This document shows, piece after piece, positions 47,322 to 57,394 of a stretch of 64,000 bases of DNA; within the stretch, counting starts at the first letter, position 1, and every line of letters begins with the position of its first letter. Position numbers and translations under genes: made by a program. Under the pieces are notes generated by a model. That model searched no databases. It was given only the letters and a program-made list of their open reading frames with translations, and was not told where the DNA came from. Source of the stretch: an archaeon (GTDB lineage: Archaea; Iainarchaeota; Iainarchaeia; Iainarchaeales; Iainarchaeaceae); NCBI GenBank assembly GCA_035655435.1, contig DASRUN010000023.1:29437-93436 (forward strand). Direction: 5' to 3'.

Positions 47322-48842
47322 ATGGAAAAGGAAAAAATTCTAAAGGATTCTGTTCGGAAACTTCTTGAGTTGAACATTACGGATAAGGAAATCGTGGATA
47401 ATTTGAAGAGCGTCGGCGTTAACGAGGAAACCGCGAAAAGAATGCTTTCGGAAGTAAAAACTGAAAGCACTCAAAAACCAAGCGCTCCGGAATCAAATGA
47501 AAGCGAAGAGGATATTTACAGCAAAGTTTATGATGATCTCGAGAAAGAGGACTTGAAAACTCCTGTAATTCAAAAGCAGATAAAAAATCCGAGTTATTCT
47601 TCTTCTTATTCTGCGCCATCTTTTACTCCTGACAAAAATCTTTCGGAATTATGGGAAGCGGGAATTCTTGCTACTGTTGATGCAAAGCTCACGGAAATGG
47701 AGCGTTTGAAAAAGAATATTGATGCTGTTTTGGATGAAAAAATAAAGCAAAGAGTTCAGGTGGAATCAAAGAAAATGGAAACCGTTCTCGAATCACAAAG
47801 AACATTGTTCAACAACAAAGTTGATACGCATTTGGAAGCAAAGGCCGAGGAACTAAAAAAAGTAATTGAGGCGCGCGCCCATCAAATGGAGGATTTGCAT
47901 TCAAAGGTTCAGGAACAGGTTGTCAAGGTTCAGGGAGAGAAAAGGTTTAACCAGGAAATTTTGAACCAAATGACTGACCAGCTTTCTTCTCTTGAAACCG
48001 TGAAAAGCCAAATGATTAGCGATACAAACAAATCTTTGATTCAAAATCAGTCAAAGTTTGAGGAATTCATGGCAGAATCAAAGAAGAAGCGTGATGAAAT
48101 GGAGGCGCGTTTGAACAGGGCTTTGCAATTGGAGTCAAAAGTAACCGAGGGATTGTTAGAGGATGCAAAGCACAGGATTGAGCAGATGCAGCTTGACAAG
48201 GAAAAAGAACTTGCAAAACAGGTTCAGAGAAAGCTTGATGAACTTGATGAAATGACAAGAAAAGTTGATCCCCAAGGAATTATGGAGCGCTTGAGTGCGA
48301 TGAAGGGTTTGGAGCAGGAGCTTGTTTCGAGGCAAAAGCAGATTGATGCGCAAATCGAATCACAATTTAGGGATGTTTCAAAGGAGTTTGAAAAGTACAA
48401 AAAAGATGTTTCAAAAATCGATGCCGGAAATCTTGCCGAACTGGAAAAAGAGTACCGTGCCAATGTTGACGGGCTTTTCTCAAGTGCGCTTGAGTTGTTT
48501 GACAAAAAGTTCAAGAAAAAACTTTCGGAAATCGAGGCAAAGGAAAAGCAGCTTGATTTGGAAAAATTCAATGCAACAATGGAATCCTTGGATTTGTTCA
48601 AAAAGCAGTTTGTTAATACTGTGACAACAAGTGTTGAAGATTATAATAAATCAAAGAAAGAGCTTGCGCAAGCCATTATTGAGAGGGATAAAACAATTAA
48701 TGATTATTTGAAGCGTATTGATGAAAAGATAAAGGAATTGAATGATTTCGAACAGAAGTTCGCAAAAGAAGTTTCCGAACTTATTGATGAGGTTCCGGAG
48801 GAAAAGCTCAAAAAAGCCTCTTTGAAAAAATCGAAGAGTTAA
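47322..48842 (+). CDS. long coiled-coil protein, hypothetical
   Basis: about 450 aa of heptad-like E/K/Q-rich sequence. Confidence 0.5.
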   Translation: MEKEKILKDSVRKLLELNITDKEIVDNLKSVGVNEETAKRMLSEVKTESTQKPSAPESNESEEDIYSKVYDDLEKEDLKTPVIQKQIKNPSYSSSYSAPSFTPDKNLSELWEAGILATVDAKLTEMERLKKNIDAVLDEKIKQRVQVESKKMETVLESQRTLFNNKVDTHLEAKAEELKKVIEARAHQMEDLHSKVQEQVVKVQGEKRFNQEILNQMTDQLSSLETVKSQMISDTNKSLIQNQSKFEEFMAESKKKRDEMEARLNRALQLESKVTEGLLEDAKHRIEQMQLDKEKELAKQVQRKLDELDEMTRKVDPQGIMERLSAMKGLEQELVSRQKQIDAQIESQFRDVSKEFEKYKKDVSKIDAGNLAELEKEYRANVDGLFSSALELFDKKFKKKLSEIEAKEKQLDLEKFNATMESLDLFKKQFVNTVTTSVEDYNKSKKELAQAIIERDKTINDYLKRIDEKIKELNDFEQKFAKEVSELIDEVPEEKLKKASLKKSKS

Positions 48843-48870
48843 AATACTTCTAATTCTCTTATTTTTGCTT

Positions 48871-50229
48871 ATGTATTTTCGTTCTACTAAAATTATTGCC
48901 ACTTTGGGTCCGGCTTGTTCTTCTAAGGCTATTTTAAAAAAAATGGTTGAAAGCGGCGCAAGCGCTTTTCGCATTAATACGGCTCATGGTTCTTTTGCGG
49001 AATATTCTGCTTTAGTTTCAACTGTGAGAAGTGTTTCAAAAGAAATCCCTATTATAGTTGATTTGAAGGGCCCGCAGGTTAGGCTAAAAACAAAGGCTAC
49101 TTTGAAGCTGAATAAAGGTGATGAAATTTCTATTGGTTTTTCTCCAAAAAGCGATTTGTATTTCAGCATGGATTTTTATTCAAGATTAAATCCCGGAATG
49201 AGGGTTTTGTTTGAAGACGGAAAATATGATTCAAAAATAATTGAAAAAAATAATAATAAAATAAAAGTTCGTTTTTCAGCAAATGCGGTTCTTGAAAATA
49301 ATAAAGGGGTTAACATTCCGGGCTCGGATCTAAAACTTCCTTTTCTTTCTCAAAAGGATTTGCAGGTTATAAAATGGGCGAAGAAAAAATCTCTTTCGTT
49401 TTTCGCGCTCTCTTTTGCGCAGAACGCGGAAGATTTGAAAAAATTGAGAAAAAAAGTCGGGAAAAATTCCATTCTGATTGCAAAAATTGAGTCCAAAACA
49501 GGAGTTAAAAATTTTTCGGAAATTCTCAAAGAATGTGAAGGTGTTATGATTGCGCGCGGTGATTTGGGTGCGGAGGTTTCTCCTGAATCAATTCCTTTGC
49601 TTCAAAAGGTTTTGGTGAAAGAAGCGGTTAATTCCGGAAAGTTTTCTATTGTAGCAACACAAATGCTTGAATCAATGATTAAAAATCGTTATCCCACGCG
49701 TGCGGAAGTGAGTGATATTGCAAATTCGGTTTTGGATGGTGCTGATTGTTTGATGCTTTCCGGAGAAACTTCTATTGGTGTTGATCCTGTTGGCGCGGTT
49801 CATGAAATGAGAAGTGCTTGTGAAGCCGTTGAACAAGAGGTTCCCAATTTGGTTCAAATGGATTTCCAAAATCATGTTAGTGATTCCGTAACAAAAAGCG
49901 TTTACCAGCTAACAAATTATTTGCATGTTAATGCAATTGTTGCTTATAGCAGATCAGGCTTTACCGCGCAGATGATTTCAAGATTCAGAACAAAAGTTCC
50001 TATCATTGGTTTGTGTTGGAGCACTCTTACTTACAAATTGCTTTTGCTTCATTTCGGTGTTTTTCCCTTGCTTATTTCAAAAACCCATGGTGTTAGTTCA
50101 AAGCAGTCTTTGAACCTTGTGAAGAAGAAGTTCAATTTCAAAAAAGGCGATACTGTAATAATAACCGGAAACATTCATTCTCTGCAGAAGCAGCATTCTA
50201 ATTTAATAGAAGTGCAAAAGTTTGCTTAA
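48871..50229 (+). CDS. pyk: pyruvate kinase
   Basis: KIIATLGP, RINTAHGS, MIARGDLG, MLSGETS motifs. Confidence 0.85.
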   Translation: MYFRSTKIIATLGPACSSKAILKKMVESGASAFRINTAHGSFAEYSALVSTVRSVSKEIPIIVDLKGPQVRLKTKATLKLNKGDEISIGFSPKSDLYFSMDFYSRLNPGMRVLFEDGKYDSKIIEKNNNKIKVRFSANAVLENNKGVNIPGSDLKLPFLSQKDLQVIKWAKKKSLSFFALSFAQNAEDLKKLRKKVGKNSILIAKIESKTGVKNFSEILKECEGVMIARGDLGAEVSPESIPLLQKVLVKEAVNSGKFSIVATQMLESMIKNRYPTRAEVSDIANSVLDGADCLMLSGETSIGVDPVGAVHEMRSACEAVEQEVPNLVQMDFQNHVSDSVTKSVYQLTNYLHVNAIVAYSRSGFTAQMISRFRTKVPIIGLCWSTLTYKLLLLHFGVFPLLISKTHGVSSKQSLNLVKKKFNFKKGDTVIITGNIHSLQKQHSNLIEVQKFA

Positions 50230-50691
50230 CTAGTTTCTTCTTACTTGCCTTGCTATTTCCGAAACAAGTTGCTTTGTAACTCCATGTTTCTTTGCTAAAC
50301 CTGCGTAAAAACCTCTTGGAATTGTTCCCGTATTCCATTGTGCTATTATATCAATAATTATCTGGCCTGTTTTTCCTCTGGCGGGAGACTTATCTATCCT
50401 TTCAGTATCTCCTTTTTCAGCATATTGTACTCCGGTTCTCCTTCTTTCCGTTTTTAGTTCTTTCAAACCAACGTTTGATTTTTCAGCTATCTTTCGAAGC
50501 GAACTTTTTCTGTTTACATATGATCTGATGGCAGCAACAGTCCTTTCGTCCAATGTTCCCGATTCCCGAATTTCTCTCGCTGTTACATTGAGCAAAGCTG
50601 CATCATTTTCTATGTTCCTATTCCCATCCCTTTCTTGTAATCTATAACCAACTCTTGCTCTGAAAGTTTTTCCCGGGTGTTGGTTTTTCAT
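50230..50691 (-). CDS. double helix-turn-helix protein, possible transposase/recombinase N-terminal fragment
   Basis: Two HTH-like segments (SLRKIAEKSNVGLKEL; GVTKQLVSEIARQV); higher GC, adjacent to tRNA-Val. Confidence 0.4.
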   Translation of the reverse strand: MKNQHPGKTFRARVGYRLQERDGNRNIENDAALLNVTAREIRESGTLDERTVAAIRSYVNRKSSLRKIAEKSNVGLKELKTERRRTGVQYAEKGDTERIDKSPARGKTGQIIIDIIAQWNTGTIPRGFYAGLAKKHGVTKQLVSEIARQVRRN

Positions 50692-50775
50692 GATATAAAA
50701 GGGGTTTTATTCTATTTTAATGTTTTCAAGGTACAGAACTATAACTTTGGTTTATTCAAAAAAAGTAGAAATATT

Positions 50776-50847
50776 TGGCCCTAGGCAGAATTGAACTGCC
50801 TTCTTGACCATGTCGAGGTCACGTCATAACCAGTAGACCATAGGGCC
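50776..50847 (-). tRNA. tRNA-Val(GAC), no intron (unusual C33)
   Basis: GGCCCTA-TG-GTCT..TGAC-G-TGACC-TCGACAT-GGTCA-AGAA-GGCAG-TTCAATT-CTGCC-TAGGGCC-A. Confidence 0.8.
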
Positions 50848-50928
50848 CCTAAACCAATAAGGCAAGGTAAGATTCTCGTATTCAGGAAAATATTTTAAGG
50901 TATCTTTGGCATACAGAAACCGGTTATT

Positions 50929-51966
50929 TCACATTCCCTTTGTCTCAACACAAGTCAACGAATTCTTTTTCTTCAAACTTTTTGATTCGGTTTGAACTAT
51001 TTTGCTTACATTGGTGATTCTTTCCAATTGTGAACAAACAGAACATATTTCGGCGTTTGCAAGGTTCCCACATTTTTTGCAGTGCATTGTTTCGGAAGCA
51101 TTTTCTTTTTGGTGTTGCTGTAATAATGGTTTCAAATTTCTGAATGAAGCAAGTATTGAGTATTTCGATCCTGGAATCGAATCCTCTAATTCGTTGAGCA
51201 TTTTCCTATATTGGTTTCTCATTGCCATCCAGGAATAAGGACAGCATTCTTCCGAGTAATGTTCTATTCCATTGAATGCTGCGTAAGCAATAATTTCTTT
51301 TTCGGGCGTATCATAAAGTGGTTTTATGCGCGGAACAAATTCTTCGTATTTGCGCCATCCTGCGTCTTCTCCCAAGCGGGCCAATCTCGCAAAATCGTTT
51401 CTAAATAAACTCATTGCAATTGATTGAACCTCATCATCCAAATTATGTCCTGTTGCCAATTTATCTGCGTTAATTGCTTTTGCTTTCATATTCAAAAAGT
51501 GTCTTCTGAACACTCCGCAGAATGAACAAGTCGATCCTAGCTTTTCGTCTTCGTGGATTTTTTTCATTACATCCGTCATTTCTATTCCGAATTCGCTTTT
51601 GAATGAAACAGTGTGAAATGGAATTTGATTTTGTTCGCAATAATCAATTCCGATTTGCATTGATCTGTCTCTATAACCTTTAATTCCTTCATCAATCAAA
51701 ATTGCTTCTAGCTTAATCCTATTTCCGAAGATTTTGTGCAATAAATAAAGCGTAACCATTGAATCTTTTCCGCCGGAAACTCCGACAGCAACTCTCTCGT
51801 TGTATTTGATCAATTTGTTCGTGCGAATATTTTTGCGAACGCGGTTTTCAAAAAAAGTATTAAAGTGTTCAACACAAAAGCGATGCGGACCGTAAGGAAT
51901 TCGAATCTTTGCCTCTTTTTCGCAGAGGTCGCATTTTTCCATTGCTTTGATTTTCAATTCTGCCAT
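50929..51966 (-). CDS. ttuA: tRNA 2-thiolation PP-loop ATPase TtuA/NcsA family
   Basis: VGVSGGKDS PP-loop, N- and C-terminal CxxC zinc fingers, central CxxC..C. Confidence 0.8.
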   Translation of the reverse strand: MAELKIKAMEKCDLCEKEAKIRIPYGPHRFCVEHFNTFFENRVRKNIRTNKLIKYNERVAVGVSGGKDSMVTLYLLHKIFGNRIKLEAILIDEGIKGYRDRSMQIGIDYCEQNQIPFHTVSFKSEFGIEMTDVMKKIHEDEKLGSTCSFCGVFRRHFLNMKAKAINADKLATGHNLDDEVQSIAMSLFRNDFARLARLGEDAGWRKYEEFVPRIKPLYDTPEKEIIAYAAFNGIEHYSEECCPYSWMAMRNQYRKMLNELEDSIPGSKYSILASFRNLKPLLQQHQKENASETMHCKKCGNLANAEICSVCSQLERITNVSKIVQTESKSLKKKNSLTCVETKGM

Positions 51967-51989
51967 TCAGTATTTTGGTTGGGAAAATG

Positions 51990-52193
51990 TTAAATACCAA
52001 TTTCCTTGACTCTTGTTACTTTAAGCGGTTCGTTTGAGTTTGAGATTTTTTTGTATAATACTCCGCCTACTCTAATGGTTGTTCCTTTTCGAGAGGTAGC
52101 TAATCGGTTTCTTGCCACTACATCCCGTCTTATGCTGCTGAAACTTCTTATCCCTGGTTTTTCCGATTTCAGGTTTGTCCTTGGTCTTGTCAT
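51990..52193 (-). CDS. small basic protein (ribosomal/RNA-binding?)
   Basis: 67 aa ORF. Confidence 0.3.
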   Translation of the reverse strand: MTRPRTNLKSEKPGIRSFSSIRRDVVARNRLATSRKGTTIRVGGVLYKKISNSNEPLKVTRVKEIGI

Positions 52194-52295
52194 CAGAATT
52201 TCCTTATTGTTTGCAGAGTTATTTAAAGTTTTCAGTACTTAAAGTTACCTTTATATTCCTTAGCCCATAGATTATATTTTCTAATAACCCTTATT

Positions 52296-52916
52296 TTGAA
52301 CGGTTTTTTTATGAGTTTATCAAAGCAGATTAAGGCAACTTTGCAGAATGAGCGCAAAGGAACAAAGAGCAAAGATTACAAGTACGCTGAATTGTTCAGA
52401 AAAAACGTTCTTGAACAAAGACAGCTTGATGCGGCCGTTATTAGGATTGAAAAACCCTCTAACCTTCCAAGGGCGCATGCGCTTGGTTACAAGGCAAAAC
52501 AGGGTTATGTTATTGCTCTTACAAGAGTTAGGAAAGGTTCGGGTTTGCATAGGAGACCTGCAAGAGGAAGACGCCCTAAGAGAATGGGTGTCAAAAAGCT
52601 TACGCGAAGGACAGGCAGAAAGGCAATGGGTGAAAGAAAGGCCGGGCAAAAGTTCCCTAACTGTGAGGTTTTGAATTCTTATTGGGTTGGCGAAGACGGT
52701 AAATCCACTTATTACGAGGTTATTTTGGCTGATACTGCTTCTATGACTGTGAGAAGCGATAAAGAAAGGAATTGGGTTGTTTTCAACAAGCACACTAATA
52801 GGGCTGAAAGAGGCCTTACAAGTGCCGGCAGAAAATCAAGAGGTCTTCATAAGAAAGGAAGGGGTGCAGAAAAAATCAGGCCAAGCAACCGCGCAAAGGG
52901 AAGAAAAGCGAAGTAA
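52296..52916 (+). CDS. rpl15e: ribosomal protein L15e
   Basis: LGYKAKQGYVI, FPNCEVLNSYWVGEDG signature. Confidence 0.85.
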   Translation: MNGFFMSLSKQIKATLQNERKGTKSKDYKYAELFRKNVLEQRQLDAAVIRIEKPSNLPRAHALGYKAKQGYVIALTRVRKGSGLHRRPARGRRPKRMGVKKLTRRTGRKAMGERKAGQKFPNCEVLNSYWVGEDGKSTYYEVILADTASMTVRSDKERNWVVFNKHTNRAERGLTSAGRKSRGLHKKGRGAEKIRPSNRAKGRKAK

Positions 52917-52946
52917 CTTTAACCATTTTCTTCACTAATTTTCACC

Positions 52947-53567
52947 ATGAACCTAAACCTAATCCGCCATTCCTCCCTCGAAGAGGCTCTATCACTTGCT
53001 CCGAAGTTCAAAGATAATGCTTTGATTGTGTGCAAGGATTTTGCGGAGCAGGAGCTCAAGGATTTCAACAAACTAAAAAGAAAGAATAATGTTGAAATTT
53101 TTTCTTGCAAAATTTTTCAAAAAAAAGATCAGAACGCGCTGCAGAAATTCAAAAAGATTTGTGATTTTACGGCGGTTCAAGGCGGTTCCGTGGAAATGCA
53201 TTCTTGGGCGTGTTCGCAGAAAATAGATTTGCTCATTGATCCTTTCAATGCGGAAAAAAATTGCATTGATCTCGCAACCTGCAATGTTCTGCGCGAAAAC
53301 AATACTTTTGTGTGCTTTACATTTTCCGCTTTTTTGCAGGCACGCGGTTTTAGGCAAACACAATTGTTGAAAAACGCTTCTCTTGCCCTTGGATTATTGG
53401 AGAAAGCAAAAACCCCGGTTCTTTTTGTTAGCGGTGCAATGAAAAAAGAGGAATTGCGCGCGGCGAAGGATCTTTCCTCTTTCGGAGTTTTTTTGGGGAT
53501 GAAAAAAAACAATGCAATTGATTGTGTTAAAAGAAACCCTGAATTATTTTTGGAGAGATTGAAATGA
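52947..53567 (+). CDS. rnp3: RNase P protein subunit Rpp30 (TIM-barrel/PHP-like)
   Basis: Size, LLIDP, VLFVSGA pattern and position in superoperon. Confidence 0.6.
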   Translation: MNLNLIRHSSLEEALSLAPKFKDNALIVCKDFAEQELKDFNKLKRKNNVEIFSCKIFQKKDQNALQKFKKICDFTAVQGGSVEMHSWACSQKIDLLIDPFNAEKNCIDLATCNVLRENNTFVCFTFSAFLQARGFRQTQLLKNASLALGLLEKAKTPVLFVSGAMKKEELRAAKDLSSFGVFLGMKKNNAIDCVKRNPELFLERLK

Positions 53568-54124
53568 AAAAAGTGAAAAAAGTGAAAATCCCTTCTTTGA
53601 AGCAATGCGAGAAATTGATTGCGGCTTATGAAATGCCTGTTCAGATAAGAAAGCATTCCGAGGCTGTGAGAAGGATTGCGAACGAGCTCGCGGAAAAGAT
53701 TTCGAAAAATAAAACAAAAATTGATTTGGATTTAGTTGATAGGGCTTCTTTGATGCATGATTTTTTGAAAATGCATTGCATAAAAAACAAGTGCAGGCAC
53801 GCGGAAGAAGCGGGGAATGTTCTCTCGCAAAAAGGTTTTCCGGAGTTCGGAAAAATTGTAAAATTACATGGTTTGGACGAGGTTAATTCTTTTGATGCAA
53901 AAACCTCGATTGAAGCAAAAGTTGTTTGGTACGCCGACAAAAGAGTTTCGCATGATTCGGTTGTTACAATGGAAGAACGTTATGAATATTTCAGGAGTAA
54001 GTACGGTTCCGTGAGTGAAAAAAGGATGCGTGAAATAAATTCAACTTGGAAAAATGCTTTGAAAATAGAACAGGGATTGTTGGAATTGGCCGGAATGGAT
54101 AATGATTATTTGTTTGGTGATTGA
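53564..54124 (+). CDS. HD-domain phosphohydrolase
   Basis: H...HD (LMHDFLK) ... D metal motif. Confidence 0.6.
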   Translation: MKKVKKVKIPSLKQCEKLIAAYEMPVQIRKHSEAVRRIANELAEKISKNKTKIDLDLVDRASLMHDFLKMHCIKNKCRHAEEAGNVLSQKGFPEFGKIVKLHGLDEVNSFDAKTSIEAKVVWYADKRVSHDSVVTMEERYEYFRSKYGSVSEKRMREINSTWKNALKIEQGLLELAGMDNDYLFGD

Positions 54125-54125
54125 A

Positions 54126-54470
54126 ATGACTGAGAAAAAGAAATCTTTGAAACCTATTCCTCCAACTTTGAGGGGAAAAAAGCGTTACGTGAAATTTGAA
54201 TTTGTTTCCAAAAGTTCTTTGAATGAGAATGATGTGAAAAGAACAATTTGGAATGTGTTCCAAAACATTTTCGGAGAAAGAGGAATCGCGGATCAGAAGC
54301 TCTGGCTCATTAAATGGTCTCAAAACAACAATACCGGCATTTTGCGCTGCAACCTGAAAGAAGAGGAGAATGTGAAAGCCGGCCTGCTTTTCATTCAAAC
54401 CATTGCAAATGAACCGGTTTTGCCTGTAATCCTGAGTGTTTCGGGTTCTTTGAAAAAGTTGAAAGATTGA
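54126..54470 (+). CDS. rnp2: RNase P protein subunit Pop5 (Rpp14)
   Basis: KKRYVKFEFVS N-terminal signature, size. Confidence 0.7.
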   Translation: MTEKKKSLKPIPPTLRGKKRYVKFEFVSKSSLNENDVKRTIWNVFQNIFGERGIADQKLWLIKWSQNNNTGILRCNLKEEENVKAGLLFIQTIANEPVLPVILSVSGSLKKLKD

Positions 54471-54527
54471 AGGTGCCTTTTTATAATTAACTGATTAAGA
54501 ATAGTAGTATATAAAGAGGGATTTTTT

Positions 54528-55256
54528 TTGTACCCAACTTCTCAACCGGCAAACTACGATAGGGCAGCAACAATGTTTAGTCCTGACGGCAGATTATATC
54601 AGGTTGAGTACGCTTCCAAAATCGTTTCTCAAGGAACTATGGGGGTTGCGTGCAAGTACAATCAGGGTGTTTTGTTCGGTGCTTACAAGAAAATAACCTC
54701 AAAATTGCTTATTCCGGGCTCGGTTGAAAAGATTTTTGCCATAGATGATCACATTGTGGCGGTTTCAGCCGGTTTGGTTGGAGATGCAAGAAGGTTAGTG
54801 GGGATTGCAAGGCAGAAGGCACAGGAAAACAGGGTTTATTACGAGGAAGCAATTCAAACGGAAAACCTTGCAAAGGAAGTTTCAAATTTAATGCAATTAT
54901 ACACCCAATATGGGGGCATGAGGCCGTTTGGAGTTTCCTTCATTATAGGGGGAGTTGACAATACGGGCAAAAGATTGTTCGAAACCGAACCTTCCGGCGC
55001 ATTGGCTGAGTATCATGCTATTGCAGTTGGAAAGAACAGGAACAAGGCAATGGAAATTTTCGAAAAAGATTGGAAAGAAAACATGAACAAAGAGGCTTCT
55101 GTGAGACTTTTGGCTAAAGCTCTCGAACATAGTTTGGAAGATAAGGAGAAAATGGATAACAGTAAATTAGAATTTATGTTTGTTGAAAATGAGAACCGAA
55201 AATTCACGCCAATTTCTCAGGACGAATTAAAGAGTTACTTGTCAAAATCAAATTAA
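54528..55256 (+). CDS. psmA: proteasome alpha subunit
   Basis: YDRAATMFSPDGRLYQVEYA N-terminal signature. Confidence 0.95.
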   Translation: MYPTSQPANYDRAATMFSPDGRLYQVEYASKIVSQGTMGVACKYNQGVLFGAYKKITSKLLIPGSVEKIFAIDDHIVAVSAGLVGDARRLVGIARQKAQENRVYYEEAIQTENLAKEVSNLMQLYTQYGGMRPFGVSFIIGGVDNTGKRLFETEPSGALAEYHAIAVGKNRNKAMEIFEKDWKENMNKEASVRLLAKALEHSLEDKEKMDNSKLEFMFVENENRKFTPISQDELKSYLSKSN

Positions 55257-55276
55257 ATTTACAAAGGAAATTTTGA

Positions 55277-55978
55277 ATGGTTAGAACGGAAGATGCCGTC
55301 ATAGCACGGTTGGAACATTCGGGAGAAAAGTTCGAGATTCTCGTAGACCCTGACCTAGCCATGGATTTTAAACACGGAAAAAACGTGAACATAGATGATA
55401 TGCTGGCCGTTGACATTATTTTCAAGGACGCAAAAAAGGGAGAGGAAAAAGGGGAAGATTCGCTGCAAAAAGTTTTCGGCACAAAAAGCGCAATTGAGAT
55501 AGCAAAGAGAATAATTATAGAGGGAGAAGTGCAGTTAACAACCGAGCAAAGAAGGGGCATTGTTGAAAAAAAGAGAAAGGAGATAATTAATTTTATTACA
55601 ACCAATGCAATCAATCCGCAAACCAATGCTCCGCATCCCACACAGAGAATTGAGAATGCTTTGACTGAATTGAAATTTAATATTGACATTAACAAACCCA
55701 ACAAGGAAATTATAGCGGATTTGATAAAGCAGTTAAGAAAATTGTTGCCGATTTCGCTTGAAAATTTGAGAATAGCAGTTAAGGTTCCGGCTTTGCATGC
55801 GGGGAAAGCTTCTCCGATTTTGCACAAGTACACTCTCATAAAAGAGGAGTGGCAGAATAATGGTTCTTTGATAGCGGTTCTTGAAATTCCCGCGGGTTTG
55901 AAGCAGGGGCTTTTCAACGAGCTCAACCATCTGACGCATGGGGACGTTGAAACAAAGATTCTTGATAAAAAGGAGTGA
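55277..55978 (+). CDS. sdo1: SBDS/Sdo1 ribosome maturation protein
   Basis: FYSH-like N domain, three-domain layout. Confidence 0.85.
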   Translation: MVRTEDAVIARLEHSGEKFEILVDPDLAMDFKHGKNVNIDDMLAVDIIFKDAKKGEEKGEDSLQKVFGTKSAIEIAKRIIIEGEVQLTTEQRRGIVEKKRKEIINFITTNAINPQTNAPHPTQRIENALTELKFNIDINKPNKEIIADLIKQLRKLLPISLENLRIAVKVPALHAGKASPILHKYTLIKEEWQNNGSLIAVLEIPAGLKQGLFNELNHLTHGDVETKILDKKE

Positions 55979-55984
55979 TGTGAA

Positions 55985-56653
55985 ATGACAAAAAGAATAG
56001 TTATTCCGGGAGAACTGGTAACCGAGGAGAGAAAAAAATTGGGTTCGCATGTTTTTGTGAGCGAGGGAAAAATTTATTCCGATTCAATGGGTTTAGTGAA
56101 TGATGAGGCTGATTTTGCTTCTGTTGTTCCGCTTGAAGGAAAGTACATGCCTGAACAAGGAGACCTTATTATCGGAGTTATTGGAGACGAAAAATTTTCG
56201 GTTTACATGGTGGATGTGAATAGTTTCTATCAAACCGCGATTTCGAAAAAAGAATTGAGGGAAATGTTAAAACCCGGCGCGGTTATTTCCGCAAAGGTTT
56301 CAAGAGTTAACGAACTCAATGAAGTTGATTTGGAAAATCCTAGGGCGTTTTTCGGCGGAGAAATTATAGAACTTTCTCCCGTAAAAATTCCTCGCTTTAT
56401 TGGAAGAGAAGCTTCAATGCTTAATTTGATAAAAGATTGGACAAAATCAAATATTGTTGTCGGAAGAAACGGCAGAATTTGGGCTAAGGGCGGAGACACT
56501 GATTTGTTGAAAAAGGCAGTGAAAAAAATTGATAAAGAAGCTCACATGGAAAATTTGACGAATAGGATGGAAGAGTTTTTGGAAAAAAACGCTCCTAAGA
56601 ATGGTGTTAAAAAAGAAGTAATGGAAGAAGACATGGAAGAAGGTGAAAACTAA
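55985..56653 (+). CDS. rrp4: exosome RNA-binding subunit Rrp4 (S1 + KH)
   Basis: IVIPGELV N-term, S1 and KH domains. Confidence 0.85.
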   Translation: MTKRIVIPGELVTEERKKLGSHVFVSEGKIYSDSMGLVNDEADFASVVPLEGKYMPEQGDLIIGVIGDEKFSVYMVDVNSFYQTAISKKELREMLKPGAVISAKVSRVNELNEVDLENPRAFFGGEIIELSPVKIPRFIGREASMLNLIKDWTKSNIVVGRNGRIWAKGGDTDLLKKAVKKIDKEAHMENLTNRMEEFLEKNAPKNGVKKEVMEEDMEEGEN

Positions 56654-57394
56654 ATGGGTAAAAAAGTTCAGGAAATAACCTACGTTGATTCAAAAGGAAA
56701 ACGTTTGGACGGAAGAAAAGTTGATGAGTTAAGGCCGATAAAAATTAAGGTTGGCGTAATTCCAAGGGCTGATGGTTCGGCTTATTTGGAGTGGGGACAG
56801 AATAAAGTTTATGCTTCTGTTCACGGTCCGAGAGAATGCTTGCCAAAGCATACTGCTAACCCTTACAAAGCGGTTGTGAAATTCAATTATAGGATGGCGT
56901 CTTTCAGTGTTCCTGATAGAAAAAATCCTAAGCCCGGGAGAAGGGAAATTGAAATCAGCAAGGTTTCCGGAGAAGCGCTTGAAAGAGCAATTTTTTTGGA
57001 GAAATTTCCAAACACTCAGATTGATGTGAATGTTGAAATAGTTGATAGTAATGCCGGAAGCAGAATTGCGGCTTTGACAGCAGCTTCTGTTGCATGCGCT
57101 GATGCCGGTCTTCCTATGAGGGACATGGTTTGCGGTACAGGAGTTGGAAGAGCCGGGGGAAAAATAATTGTCGACCTCACTAAGGATGAGGAAGATGCTC
57201 CGGACGCGGTTGATATTCCGATCGCAATTTTGCCGAATTCAAAAGAAATAGTTCTTTTGCAACTTGACGGTGTAATGCCGAAGAAAGAATGGGAAAAAGC
57301 CTATGAAATGGCCGTTGATGCATCCATGAAAGTTTATGAGGTGCAGAAGCAAGCGTTGAAGGACAAGTATTTGAACGGAGATGATAAGAAATGA
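56654..57394 (+). CDS. rrp41: exosome catalytic subunit Rrp41 (RNase PH fold)
   Basis: DGRKVDELRP...ADGSAYLEWG. Confidence 0.9.
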   Translation: MGKKVQEITYVDSKGKRLDGRKVDELRPIKIKVGVIPRADGSAYLEWGQNKVYASVHGPRECLPKHTANPYKAVVKFNYRMASFSVPDRKNPKPGRREIEISKVSGEALERAIFLEKFPNTQIDVNVEIVDSNAGSRIAALTAASVACADAGLPMRDMVCGTGVGRAGGKIIVDLTKDEEDAPDAVDIPIAILPNSKEIVLLQLDGVMPKKEWEKAYEMAVDASMKVYEVQKQALKDKYLNGDDKK

